This document shows, in pieces, positions 25,315-38,899 of a stretch of 64,000 bases of DNA. Position numbers and translations under genes: made by a program. The stretch's first letter is position 1. Each line of letters opens with the position of its first letter. Origin of the DNA: Ginglymostoma cirratum (Eukaryota); the NCBI GenBank assembly GCA_024137785.1, contig JAHRHZ010000021.1:15454097-15518096 (forward strand), given 5' to 3'. A model generated the notes under the pieces. The model saw nothing but the letters and a program-made list of their open reading frames with translations, was not told the origin of the DNA and ran no database searches.

Positions 25315-27535
25315 ATCAGTTGGCAAGACAAAGGAGTGGATAATGATCACACGAGGAGGGTGAATAGCTGTTAATGGGGACTTTAGTTGCTAACGAAAGG
25401 TAGATTATAAGATAACAAAGCCTGGTGTTGGGGGTAGGGGGCTAGGACGTGGGACAGTTCAGGCGCTAAAAAGATTGAACTGGATATGGAGTCCTGAAGG
25501 CTGCAGGATCCCCAAGCGGAAAATAAGGTGTTGTTCTTCCAGCTTGCGCTGAGCTTCACTGGAACACTGCAGCAAGCCAGAGATAGAGATGTTGGCCAGG
25601 GAACAGGGTGGTGTATTAAAGTGATAGGCAACTGGAAGCTCATGGTCTTTCTTATGGGCAGAATGTAGATGTTCTGAGAAGCAGTCACCCAGTCTACACT
25701 TCTTCCCAATGTAGAGACAACCACATTGTGAGCAGCGAATGCAGTAGACTGGATTGTGAAGTGTAAGTGAAGTGCTGCTTCACCTGAAAGGCATGTTTGG
25801 GCCCTTTGATACTGGGGAGGGAGGTGGTAAACGGGCAGGTGTTACATCTTCAGCGGTTGCAGGTGGTGGTGTGCGGGGCTGTGGAGGGGAGCTGTTGGGA
25901 GTGAAGAACAGTGGACCAGGATGTCCTACAGGGAATGGTCCTGTGGAAGGCAGACAAGGGAGGGAAGGGGAACGTGTCTGGTGGTGGCATCTCACTGAAG
26001 GTGGCAGAAATGGCAGCTGATGATCTCCTGGACGTGGATGCTGGTGAGATGTTAGGTAAGGAGAAGAGGAACCTATCACTGTTACAGAAGGTAAGAGGGG
26101 GGGCTGAGGGCTGAAGTGCAGGAGATGGGTGAGACTGATGTGAGAGTCCTGTCGACAATGGTGCTGGGGAATCCTCGGTTGAGGAAGGAGACAGACATTT
26201 CAGAAGCTCCCTTGTCAAAGTTGGCCTCAACAGAACATATGCCGCAATGGAGGAACCGGGAGAATTGAATGGAGTCTTTATGGGAAGCAGGGTGCAAGGA
26301 AGTCAAGTCCAGATAGCTGTGGGAATCAGTGGGTTTCTACTGAAAATTAGTGGCCAGTCTATGCCCACAAGTGGAAACAGATGTCAAGAAAGGAAGTGAG
26401 GAGTCAGTGATAGGCCAGGTGAAAGCGAGGGTGGGGTGGAAATTGAAAACAAAATCGATTAAGTTTTTCAATTCCAGACGAGAGGGAGAAGCAGCACTGA
26501 CAACATCATCGATATATTGGAGAAAGTGTTATGGGTGGGGGCCAAAATAGGATTGGAACAAGAATGCTCCACGTACCCAACAAAGAGACAGGCATAACTG
26601 CGGACCCACATGCATACCCAAGACCACCCCTCTGACCTGAAGAAAATGACAGGAGTTAAGACAGAAGCTGTTCAGAGTGAGGAAGAGCTCAGCCAAGTGG
26701 AGGAGGGTGGGGGATGGTTCAGGCCTTTGTTCCAAGAAGAAGCAGACAGCGCTAAGGCTGTCCTGGAGGGGGGAATGGATGTACAAAAGGATTGCACATC
26801 CATGGCAAAAAGAGGTGGTGGCTGGAGCGTGGAAACTCAAACTGGCGTAAAACGTCTGAGGAATCACAGCTGTACATGGGCAGGGACTGGACCAGGGGAG
26901 AAAAGACTGAGTCAAGGTAAGAAGAGATGATTTCTGTAGGGCAGATGCAGGCAGAAACAATGGGTCTGCCCGGGCAGTCCCGTTTGTGGATTTTTAGAAG
27001 GAGGTAGAAGCAAGTTGTGGGGGGCCGGGGGCAAACAGCTTGGAGGCTGCGTGCGAGCGTGGGGGAAGAGGGCAGAGATCACCACCTTATTTTCTGCTTG
27101 GGGACCCTACAGCCCTCAGGACCCTATTTAGAGTTCAATCATTTTAGGGCCTGAACACACTCCCACATCCTAGCCCCCTATCCCACATACCAGGCCTTAT
27201 CATCTCTCAGCCTGCCACTACACACTACCTATTTGTTAGCCAGTGACGGTCCACAACAACAGCTGTTCACCTTCCTAGCCAGATTGTTATCCATTCCTTT
27301 GTCCAACCGGTCTTCTCTCTCTTTGGGCTCTATCCCCACCTATTGTTTACTCCTGACCCCTCCCCCCACCCTATCTTCTGCATGTAAAAGCGACATTTTT
27401 CTAGGTACCATCAGTTCTGAGAAAAGTTACCAGACCTGAACTTTAACTGATTTCTCTTCAGATGCTGCCAGACCTTTTACAGCAATGCCGGCTTTTGTTT
27501 CCAATTTACATCATCGCAGTTCTTTTAGTTTTTAT
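25315..27535 (-). mobile_element. Penelope-like retroelement (RT + GIY-YIG remnants) with inverted terminal arms
   Basis: Minus frames give FLQVRGVVLGMHVGP (RT), IQFSRFLHCGICSVEANFDKGASEMSVSFLNRGFPS (PLE thumb) and a GIY-YIG C-terminus; 25318-25531 is inverted at 27082-27308. Confidence 0.85.
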
Positions 27536-28959
27536 TAAGTTCTTAAAGAATCAATTCATGACTGATTTTTAAAACTAGATACTTTTATCAGTTTAGTTTC
27601 TTCATAAAATTGTTTCTTTTAAAAGCAATCTAACAACTACGCCCTAATCTATGAAGTAATTCAAAATACCAAAATTTGTGTTTTTAATAACCCAAATGAA
27701 GTGACAAAAGTACATTCAAGCATATGACGAATAAAAATGCAGGAAACTGGCAATGCAAATCAGTGTCATCGGTAATTACTTGTGAAGAGTACGATTGTCT
27801 ATCTAAGAAATTCTCAGCCTTCCAGGTAATAAGAGGAGAACTTTGCTAATTTAAAAATTTTCTAAAATCTTGAAAGCTTGTGATACTGTAGGTTCAAAGC
27901 AAGTAAGTGGGCACCATGCTTATTTACTTACTCACAACATACTTATTTATGGTGGCCACCAAATTACTTATTCTGCTGCAGATTAAGTTGACACACAAGT
28001 GTCAGGAACGCAAAATGCCCTTTTAGAAACTTGTCTTCTCAAAGCCTGAGTAACCTCAGCTATAAGTACACTAATACTCAAGTTCATAAATAAATGGGAC
28101 AAGTTGAAGCTAATTAAGGCAATAAGGAAAAACTGGAACCAAAGGGCATGCACTGTCTAAGATTATGAATGAAATTTGGGTTTAAATAGGTTTTGCAGCA
28201 TTGTTCTGTCATAAGCCTGATGAAATACTATTTGACAAGTATGAATAATACATTATCTAATGAAGACAACAAAATATTTCTGCTTTGCAGCCAAAGTCTA
28301 CTTGCTGGGTGAACATTTCAACATTTTACTGCAAGAACCCTGGATGCTTTTTCCTTTTTATAGAACAATCTGATCACGCGATCACAACACTGTCTCTCCC
28401 CGTTGGCCCATCGTAAACAATTCCTGAAACCCAGAATCAATATCCCACAATTTCAAAAAGCTTCAGAAGCTGCTCTAACTGGAAACTTCTGCTAAATGCC
28501 ACTTGCCACTCCCTGGTACTTCTGGGTGCTAGTCATTCCTACCTCTACATGCTTGGGCATCAGATTCCCCCATTCTTAACATGCGCAGAAATCTCAATGT
28601 GTGTTTTTCGAAAATCATAAAACATGTCGCAATTCAGTCATTTAGAAAGTATGCAGGAATAAATCAGAAGCAGAAATTCCTGTGCTGCTGTGCCTTTGAG
28701 CACTTATTTTCATTTGACGTAAGAAATAAATGCGGCCTTCAGAAGAGGAGACAAGTCTCTGCACACAGTAACCAGTGACGGAAACTTTTGTGAAAATTAA
28801 ACAATTTGAACAGGAAGGAGGGAGAACTTTTGATAGTAAGATGTCTTCAAATTAATAGAGAGCATAAATCACATTTTGATTTTCGTTTATTTGTATACAA
28901 GACAGGGATAGAGTAGAAAAGAATGAAGGGCGAGGGAGAAGAAGAAAAAGGAAATTGCA

Positions 28960-29815
28960 AGTAGAAATAAAGATCAGGCTTGGTTGCCAAACACAGGAAC
29001 ACAGATGTAAGATTAGGCCACTCGTGCATCCTGTATCACAGCTGGCTGTCTACCTCGACACTTTGCAATGTTCCCACATCCCTTGATAGTAATTGTCCAT
29101 CGATCTATCTTGAACACGGTCAATAACTGAGCTGCCAAAATCCTTTGGAAAATTCCACAGGGACACTACTTCACAAATAAACAATTCCTCATCTTCCATA
29201 TACCCACCAGCCAAGAAAAACATTCTTTCTGCTATTACATTGAGCCCTTTAAGTTATTTTGTTTTACAAGTTCCGAGGATCCCCATTCATTCTTTCAAAC
29301 TCTTCTGACTCTGTCTCCATCTTTTCTTATACGACTGTCCTGCCATTCCAGGAAGCAAGTCTCGTTTATCTTTACTGAACAGCAAGTTTATCCTTACTTA
29401 GGTAAGCAGAACAGAAGTGCACACAAATAATCCAGGTGCCTCTGAGACTTATACAATTGAAGCAAGATAGCTCTAATCCTGTACTCAAATCCTCTTCTGA
29501 TTAAGTCAGCATAAAGTTGGCCTTCCTCATTGCTTGCTGCACCTACATTTACCTTTCAATGATTTAGCAACAAGAAAAACCAGGTGCCTTTGGATATTAA
29601 CACTTGCTAATCACTGACAAAATAATCTTCATATCAATTCCTCCTATCGGCGTGGCTACCCTTACACAATCCGGGCCAGTGTATTACCCCCTCCTTTTGT
29701 GCTGTAATGCTGTTCACTAGCTTTTTATGTGGCATTTCATCAAATGCCTTCTAAAAATCCAAATATACCATATTCACTGGTTCCCCATTATCCACAATGC
29801 TAGTAACATCCTCAA
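28960..29815 (-). mobile_element. Degenerate CR1 LINE
   Basis: atcaaatgccttctaaaaatccaaata (reverse of YLDF.KAFD), cctgtactcaaatcctct, ttgcttgctgcacct. Confidence 0.7.
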
Positions 29816-31205
29816 CACAATTACTACCCAAGGTCTCTCGGTTGAATCACTGGATGACTACCAGCTCCTGCAGAACTATGGTCAAACAAACATCCTGAGC
29901 GAGTTAAGAAAGTTTAAGAAAAACTCCCTTAGAATTGAAGACTTGTAGCATCCTACTTAAATTTCCTTAATACATTGGCATGATGAAACTATGGTACTAA
30001 AACAAATGATTTGGCTGCAGAGACAGCAAATAGATGCAATGTCAAGTGTGATATTTTAAAAAATGGTATGAAATCAAATCAGTAGCAGACTGATTTTGAA
30101 AGCTACAGATCAGATTCTGCCCTTTAAAAATAATAGAAAATGGAAAATAATGAGTGGGGGAAATAAATAACTTGAACGCTCAAGGATCAGAGGAGGATCA
30201 CAAGAGAAAAGGATCCCCGCAACTGGATGGAGGCACAACCACAGGAAGTCACAAAAAAGGGAAGCTTAAAAAAGGTACAGATGAGTGTTCCACACATGGC
30301 TCCATTTTAATTTGCCTAAGACTTAACGACTTCATACAAAAATAGCTGACTGCAATAGCATATTAATAGGGGAAGTTCTTGAATGCCAAGACATATCTGC
30401 AAAATATAATTTACATTGTCATTAATTTTCAGATCTTCCATGACCAAAATGTTGTATTTTTAATTATGCTAGGCTCCTTTAAGAGTGTTTCTACACTTCA
30501 TAGCTTCTCATGTTAGGGCTTCCTGACTTAAAGGAATCCTAGATTCCAGTGGCTTACACTCAATAAGAAACTAAGCAGATTCAAAACACCAAACCTTTCT
30601 GCATTTAAATTGCAAATGGTAAATATCAAGTAACTCTAATATTAGTGCTCATGTACATGAGCAACTAACTCAACACAATCTCAGAAAACCTAGGCTATAA
30701 AAGAACAAGCCTAGTCAAATTTTATTAACTCCTATATTTTGTGGTGTTATTACATGTACCAATTTATTAGTATGCTGTTGCACAAAAATATTTAAGAAAT
30801 TCATGGCCTGCAAAACCTGATGCAAAAATAATTGGTAAAATTTGAGTTTTCTTGCTTTGCTTGTACCTCAGAACAAAAATTAGAAAAGTTTAAAACCATT
30901 TGACACATGCAACCAATGCAGGTTAATTTGAAAGTGTGTTAATACGCAATTTAGCATATCTGAACGCTAACAATAATGCACAACATATGCAAAGCAAAAC
31001 AATGCACTACATATGCGACAACTCAAATTTCCTTTAAATTGGCTATTAAGGACAAGTTTCTTGGTAATAAATAAATTTATTTGAACGTTAACCTTCGGAA
31101 AGGGAATGTCTTACAAATTAATTTTAATCAAGTAAATTAAATATTAACCTATCTACAGTTACTTGATTTACTTTCACTAGCTATGGAAATAACTGACAAA
31201 CATAC

Positions 31206-31419
31206 CCTTCCTTCTGATTCATGTACTTATACGCAAGTTTAATCCAAAGCTGCACATCTTGGGGATTCTCCATCACACTGGTTTCAAGATTGGCAATGTC
31301 ATCAGTCTCTGCTGCAAAATACCGAACATCATCTGGGGTAATAACTGCATCCAAAGCATGGGTTCCAGGCCATGAATGTTCCACAGACTTGGCTGAAACA
31401 GAGGACATTGTTTTATGTT
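31206..31419 (-). CDS. ZFC3H1: ZFC3H1 exon 21 (214 nt, phase 1/2)
   Basis: ctttcctgcag|AACATA ... GAAGG|gtatgt; ALDAVITPDDVRYFAAETDDIANLETSVMENPQDVQLWIKLAYKYMNQKEG. Confidence 0.94.
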
Positions 31420-32565
31420 CTGCAGGAAAGAGAGATCCAAACTTGAGAAACTGAGCATTTAAGAAAATATCCCCATGAAAATAATTGATTTGTCACAAAA
31501 TTAAAAGCGATTACATTACATACAGTTTCAGAAATTTCACCGTGTTACTCAAAAAGATATTACAAGCTCCCCATGACAAACAAACCCCCAGCCCACCCAA
31601 AATATAAACCGCAAATATTCCTGGTTGAAGCACCAGTTAATTCAAACATTTAAGGCAACTTCAGTAGCCCTGTCAGAAAAACTTCCCATATTGCCATAAT
31701 ACTTCAATTTACTTTAATTCAAAGCTACATTCCATCACTGAATACTACAGGTAATTGTTTCTTTAATGGAATTTTTGATGCGTCAAATGACTCAGCAGTG
31801 CTGCATTGTCAAGTTGGGGCATTTAAAATAAAGATATAGGTTTAAGTTTTAATATCTTTGCTAATAAACTTGAAGTATTAAAGTGTTGTTTTTAATTGGA
31901 GGGATGAGATTTATTGCAGGATGGACAGTAGAGATATTGTCGGGGCAGTGATAGCTCCCAAAATTTCCAGCGATCTGCTAAGGAGAACCATTGTTAAAGC
32001 TGGGGAAAAAAAAGGTTAACCTATGAGAACTGCCCAAAATCTTAAACAGTACAATTTTTAGTAGTCTTTTCTTTGAAATGTTTGACAAATGATTACAGCT
32101 AGAAATAACATTAAATAAGACCAATATGCAAATTCAGTCCTATATCTTAGCTACATAATTCCTGTGTAAGCACTTCAAGAGTTAACACCACATGTATTAA
32201 AACATTGTTTATTTAAGTTGTTGCTAGGAAAATACTACTGGCCTTTGAAGGATAGATTTTTGATGCATTTTTATCTGCAGTGAAAGAAGGAAAATTTCAT
32301 TTATACAATAAACACTATCCACTTATCAAGACCATCTACTATCAGAAGACGACATGGAGGAGGACTGTGCTATGAAAATCACATGAAAAACTGAACAGGT
32401 GAGCCATGTCAATTGTATACTGCTTTATCAATGATACACTTTCATTCAAAGAACAGTTGCCCACATATTCAGAATGGATAACGATCGCTTTGTCCCAATG
32501 TTGCAAAAGCAAAATCGAATAGTTTTTTAAAACTTCTAAGCTATCCACAGAAATCTGATGCATAC

Positions 32566-32691
32566 CATATCTTATTGGCCCAGAATTTTGTTCATCATCA
32601 CTGCCATTAATGGTGCCACTCTCAGAAACTTGCTTTCTCAAAATGTGGGGCTTCCATTTCCTTCTTTCTTTGAAAGTTGTAAAAGGTGGTG
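32566..32691 (-). CDS. ZFC3H1: ZFC3H1 exon 20 (126 nt, phase 1/1)
   Basis: ttgtttcag|CACCAC ... TATG|gtatgc; TPPFTTFKERRKWKPHILRKQVSE...SDDEQNSGPIRY. Confidence 0.94.
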
Positions 32692-32759
32692 CTGAAACAA
32701 ATATTACATGCTACATTTTTAACTTGCAAATATATCATTTTTGACAATTTCTAAAATCA

Positions 32760-34550
32760 TTCCTGAAATGACATCATGGAGAAACTCAGCCGTCTGACAT
32801 CTGTGGAGGGGGAAACAGAATTAATGTTCCAAGTCCAGTCAGAATCTTCTTCAGATCTGAAGGAGACTGAGAAATGATGACCTTTATATTGTTGACAAAA
32901 CAAGGAGACCAAGCGTAACAGACAGTGTGCCCAAAGCAAAAAAAAAACAAAACTGACTGTAGGTCTAAAATAGGTCAACTTAAAGCAAATTTATGCACAC
33001 GAGACACAAGGAAATCAAAACATTCATGCTCTGAAGTTGCTGAACTCAGCATCGAGTTCCAAAAGCTACCAAGTGAAAAATGAGGTGTTGTTCCTCCAGC
33101 TTGCTTTGGGCTTCAGTGAAGCAATGCAACAGGGCTAGGAAATATTAGCATGCGAACAAGATGGCATGCTGAAATAACAAGTAACTGGGAGGTTGGGCCA
33201 TTCTCACAGACAAAGCCAAGTTGTTGCCATCTCCCAGTTGGCATTTGGTCATGCCAATGTAGAGGTGACCACACTACGGGTGGCGAACACAACAGGCAAC
33301 ATTCAAAGTACAAATAAACTGCTCCTTCAGCTGAAATTTGTTTTGGGGGCCTTGAACAATGAGAAGTGAAGAGATAAAGGGAAAGCATACACCTTCTATA
33401 TGTGCACAGGAAGATGGCTTGGGAGAAAAGAGGGGTCAAGATAGCCTGACAATTTTTTTTCAGCACACAGACCTCCAAGGTCTGTGGTGCTGCAGCAACT
33501 TCCAAAACTGTAAGGACATGCATCAGTATGTCGACTGACATCCAGAGAACCTTAAAGCAGCTCATGGATGAGAGAGGACACTGAGGTTTGGGTGGTGGGA
33601 CGAAAAGAAATGAGGAAGGGTAGGAGCAGAAAGATAGACCAGGAAGTCACAAAGAGAATGACCTCTGCGAAATGCTGACATGGGAGGGGAGGGAAGCAGC
33701 ATTTGGTGGTGGCATCGTACTGGGAGGTGGCAGAAATGGCAGACTGGTGGGGTGAAAGATGAGGACAAGGGAATCCAATTGTTGTTGAGGGGGGAAAATG
33801 GATGTGGGAGAATTGCAAGAAAGAGAAGCTGAGAGCCCAACCACAGGGTGAATCCTCAGTTGAAAGAAAGGAGAGAACATGCGAAAGCGACCCTGTGTAA
33901 TGTGGGATGTGTAATCAGTAGAATGCAACAGAGATGGGGAAAAACAGCGAGAATGGAATGGAGTGCATACAGGAAGCAGGGTATGAGCAAGTCTAGTCAA
34001 ATTAACTATGAAAGCCACGTTTATGATGAATTTTGGTGACTGAACTGCCCAGAAATCGATGTCAAGGAAGCGAAGAATCAGAGATGGCTCAGGTGAAGGC
34101 TAGAGAAGGATGAAAATCAAAAGCAAAACTGAATTATTTTCTTTGTTTTCCAGACAAGAACAGGAAGCAACACCTACACCTGAGTAAACAGTGCAAGGTG
34201 GAGACCAACACATCAAGTGATAACAGCAACATCCTTGTCAGTAGATTGGATAAAGTTAAGGTTAAATCTGAGAGAACAGAGTGCAAATTCAGAAGCAAAC
34301 AGGTTAGGATGGTGAGGGGGAGCAAAGAAATTGAGATGACGCATGCGACTGACAGTTTTTGACAAAGAGACCAAATACAAGCTCAAAGCTAGAGGTGGGT
34401 CCAAGTGGAGGAAGAGTTATGGAGGTGGGGGTAAGAGAGTCCATGCAGCAAGAAGAGGACTCTTGTCTTAAAAAAAGTGAGCATGGGGTGAAGGTGACAG
34501 AGTGCAAGGTCACACCATGTCAAAGATTCACTGAGATTGAACAGTAACGT
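32760..34550 (-). mobile_element. Degenerate Penelope-like element
   Basis: Shares blocks with 25400-26500 (gaggtgttgttcctccagcttgc, tggtggtggcatc..gaggtggcagaaatggcag, gaatcctc.gttga); terminal catctgtggagg..aaacaga.ttaatgttc. Confidence 0.75.
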
Positions 34551-35146
34551 CAGAAAACACAGTCCGTTGATAAGGACAGATCCTTCAGCTTAATTCTGGT
34601 GTAAATTGTAATTTCAAAAAACCAAGAATGTGGATCAGTTTTGAAAAAGTAGCATACATAAATACAATAATCAATATTGAACTTCACAAAAATCATTTTA
34701 CAAAGCTGCACTAGATTAATTCATTTAAATGTGCTTCAAACCATTTCCAAGTTAAATGCCTGACTCTGTCGTGGCACACTTTCCAATAAATTAAAAGAAC
34801 TTCAATGCACATTTAAATTTAGATCATCTCCACAGGATCTATAGCCACATGAGAACCCGAGCATTTTCTTCCTCACTCTTTCTTGCTCAAGCAGGAACTA
34901 ATTTGCATTATGATGTGTCAACCAAGTGTCCATTCTTCATGATATTACATTGATGCATATTATTTTGAGAACGCTGTGGAAGTAATGCTTAACTCCGTTC
35001 AGGGGAGATCTTAACAGGAGGTACAGTCAGGCTAACTGCTCAAATTTCACCAATAGGCTGTAAACTTGAACAAAAGTAAAATAATTTGCATGCTCGAAAG
35101 TAAATATTTGAAGGACTTAAGTGAGAGAAAATAAACTTTCACTTAC

Positions 35147-35248
35147 TATGACCAGAACTCTCATTCACTTGGCTAACAAGCAGAACCGCCATCTCATCCG
35201 TGGTCATACGATCTTTGTTTTTGCCGAACTGTTTATCCACGTAATTTT
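35147..35248 (-). CDS. ZFC3H1: ZFC3H1 exon 19 (102 nt, phase 1/1)
   Basis: tttacatgaag|AAAATT ... CATA|gtaagt; ENYVDKQFGKNKDRMTTDEMAVLLVSQVNESSGH. Confidence 0.94.
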
Positions 35249-35467
35249 CTTCATGTAAATAAAAAGTCTATTAGTTTTATGCAATGAGTTCTCACTTCAG
35301 AATGCAGTATACCTTCAACTAAAAACATTTGGTATAACATTAAGAACAAGTAGTGGTGAATGCGGTGATCGCACTTTGAACAGTCATACATAGTCACATT
35401 ACAAGTACTTCATAGTTCAAAGCCCAAACAATACACAAACATCTAGACCATTCGGCAACTTAATTAC

Positions 35468-35589
35468 CTGCTGCAACCCTGATTTCTTCATCTGTACTGA
35501 AATCTGAACATTTAATCAGAGATAAATTGTAGGAGAGAAGATCTTGAAACAGCTGGCATTGATTTAAAATGCAGTCTCTCATGTGTTGC
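35468..35589 (-). CDS. ZFC3H1: ZFC3H1 exon 18 (122 nt, phase 2/1), zinc finger His
   Basis: tttctctag|GCAACA ... GCAG|gtaatt; QHMRDCILNQCQLFQDLLSYNLSLIKCSDFSTDEEIRVAA. Confidence 0.95.
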
Positions 35590-36074
35590 CTAGAGAAAAA
35601 AAATTCAGATTTTAAGAGGTTTATGAAGCTTTACCCCTCCACATTACCCAGCGTTGTATTGCAACAGGTGTAAGTCAACTTCCACAAAAGACAAACCCTC
35701 AACTTTAGGCTCTGTGTGCTGGAAGCTAAAATCCAAAATTATTGCTAATTAAGGAAATAAACCTTAAGTAAAAATGGAGAAGAGCTACTAATTCTTATGT
35801 ATTGTACACTTCAAACATGCTCTAGTGAGCAAGTAATTACTTGATTGTTAACAACCTTGAAACTAAATACTTTTAAATAGCATTAATTTGAACGGGGTTT
35901 CCAATACTCCTGTTTTAAGGGCAGACCATTTACAATTTTTCTGCAAACATACCTAGTTGGACTTATTGATGTTTGTGCTAGATCCGACTGCCAGAACAGG
36001 CATTCTTTAGTATTTACCACTGCATCATTGATTTTATTAAGTTAATTTCATGCAAGACCAAGCAATATACATAC

Positions 36075-36206
36075 CATTGGCAATCATCATCATTGCATGT
36101 ACCAGTTAAATCAAAGCGACAGAAACTTTGCTTGGGGTCAATCAAGTTGCTGTAGGAGACTGAACTAATCAGAAGTTTTTCCTTGTTACGAAAGTAAGGA
36201 CTGAAC
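36075..36206 (-). CDS. ZFC3H1: ZFC3H1 exon 17 (132 nt, phase 2/2), C3H1 zinc finger cysteines
   Basis: cctttctgcag|GTTCAG ... CAATG|gtatgt; FSPYFRNKEKL...FCRFDLTGTCNDDDCQW. Confidence 0.97.
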
Positions 36207-36584
36207 CTGCAGAAAGGAAGAGGTTTGAGCATATGAAAACAACACTCATTGAACTTTGGCGGCCCTTGGAAATTAAGGAAGAAATGCATGCGTTTCAGTT
36301 TTACATCACCTTATCTGAAAAGCATTTCAGATTTTCCAATTTCAAACATGCACATTTATCAGCAATGTTAGTTTCTCATCTCATTCTGGTTTAAGCATAA
36401 ACTAAAATTTGTTACTGTGACAGCAATCACTAGTGAACTCAATTTCTAAGTGAGCTGATCTTTCAACATCTCAGCATTTAAAAAGGTAAAACCATGTCAT
36501 GTACTTGGTCCCATCTCCGTGAATGCATGCTTACAGTCAGATAAATCATAACTAACTGAAATTGACCTATCCAAACGCAGTTTA

Positions 36585-37160
36585 ATTCATAAGACATGGA
36601 CACCACAGGTTAGGCCAGCATTTATTGTCCATCCCCAGTTGCCTCGGAGAGGTGAGATGCTTTCTTGAACAAGTGCAGTTCTTGAGAATAGGGACTCTCA
36701 GTGCTGTTCATAAAGGAGTTGCAGGATTATGACCTATCAACAATGAAGGGAACTCACAGGTGATGTTCCATGCAACTGATTTGCTTGACCTTCTAGATGG
36801 TAGATGTCACTAGTTTTGAAGGTGCCATCCAAGGAGTTACTGCAATGCATCTTGGAGACGGTACACACATCTGCCACTGTGTCCATGTGAAGGAAATATT
36901 GAAGGTGGTAGATAGGGTGACATTCAAGTTGGTATCAGTTGTCCTGGATGGTGTCAAGCTTCAAGCATTGTTTGAGCTGCATCTATTCAGAAATTGGAGT
37001 GCACAACACCACATTCCTGGCTTGTGCCTTGTAGGTGGTCAGACATCAGGGAGACAGCGAAAGTTGCTCAGCAATCAATTCCTAGCCACTAACCTGTTTT
37101 TGTAGGAAAAGTATTTAAATGGCTAGTCCAATTAAGCTTCTGGTCAATGATAACCTCCCC
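36585..37160 (-). mobile_element. Second-family LINE 3' fragment
   Basis: ggccagcattt.attgtccatcccc..ttcttgaac; matches 20843-21480. Confidence 0.7.
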
Positions 37161-37174
37161 ACCCCATCCTACAC

Positions 37175-37535
37175 CGGAGGGGCAAACTGATAGAAGTATA
37201 TGAAATTATGAGAGGTTAATACTCAGAGTCTGTTCCCAGGGTTAAAGGGCCCAATACTAGGGGGCATTGGCTTAAAAGCGAGAGGAGTAGTTGTTTCAAG
37301 GAGATGTTATGAGGCAACTTTTTGTTTTTACACTGAGGGCAGTAGATGCCTGGAAGACACTGCAGGGGCAGTGGTAGAAACAGATACAACAGCAACATTT
37401 AGAGGCATTTAGACAGACATATAAATAGAGAATAAAAGGGATATGAGCCATGTATCCATAATATGGATTAATCTAGAATGGCATCATGGTCAGCACAGCC
37501 ATGGCGGGCCAAAGGGCCTGTTCCTGTAGCATGCT
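37175..37535 (+). mobile_element. CR1 LINE 3' end
   Basis: tgatagaagtatatgaaattatgagagg ... atggcgggccaaagggcctgttcctgt. Confidence 0.8.
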
Positions 37536-38899
37536 TCCAGATACAGTACATACTCCAGCAAGGAGAGGTACAGCATTTGATGCACAACTTTTAGAAAATA
37601 TGTTCATCTACTGCAATAATCAGCAGATCCACCAGTTTCATATTTTAAGATCAACTATTAAATCTAACTATTAATTAGGTTTAACTAAGGCATACACGTG
37701 CCTTGCACCAAATTTCAGACTAAAACATAGAAAAATTGGGACTAACATTACTGCACTTCTCCCCCTTCATCAAATGAAATCAATTATATTATTAAAGATA
37801 ATTCAACATTAAGAAACATAGCTGAATCACCACTAAGAGACAAATACAACTATGAAAGTGCATTTCTCCACCACGAATCTACAAATTTCCTAAAAGCAGG
37901 AATAAATTTAATGCACAAAACATTTATTGCTCACATATGGTCCCCTTCAAAGTTATGAAGTCAAACTTCAGTTTATAAGCACTGCCTGAGATCACAACAA
38001 AAAATTGAGTATGCTTATTACATCGAGGGTACAAGGCTGCAAGTGCTGGCTCATTTTCTCGTCTGAAATTCTCTGCGTTTCTTAAAAGATTGCCCATTTT
38101 CTTTTTCAAAAAGCTGACACACAACTGTGATACAGATTTAACATTCATTAAATGCTAATTATCTATCACTCGAACCTTATGGTATTGTTGAAGGCAAGTC
38201 AAGGACACATTGTAAAGAACTCTTACCACAGCCAAACTAACATTCTGTCACAATTTCTTCCAGTTAAACACTGGGATTGATAATTGAACTGCCCTTCGCT
38301 CCTTCCCCTAAATGTTTACTTTGGCCACTAATTCTAATCTCTTTTCAAATAGTCTTGGGCTCAACCAGACTATCTGCAACTTTGGTATCCAGTTTCACAA
38401 AGCTGACTTTTATAAATTTGGAATTTACAAATTTCCTTCTTCATGCTGGCAGCCTCTAATTGCGCTCCTCCACGATTCTTTAGCCTCATTCCTGGCAAAA
38501 CATTTGGATAACCCAATTAATATCTCTGTTCTCTGCACCCACTTCCATGCAATGCACAGAATTTTATCAGAGATAATTGTTACAAACGCAAAATGGAGAA
38601 CGTGTCATTGACTATATTCTGCCCATTTCTGGATAAAGCCCTCAACTGATAAACTAATAGGCAGCTATTTCCCTGAATAAACAATTAAGAGTTTTACTTC
38701 AAATCAGCATACATCTATTTCCGTACTTCAGTACACGCAAGGTAAATCAACCCTATTAGGCTGTTTCAGTTGCAAACAAGATCAAAAGAAAGCCAATTTC
38801 ACGTTGAACAAAGGTTTCTGAAAATATTAAACCATACTATACAGGTTAAATATGGAATATAATTCTGGTAAGTGTTAGGTACATTTTTGAGGGTGGGGG

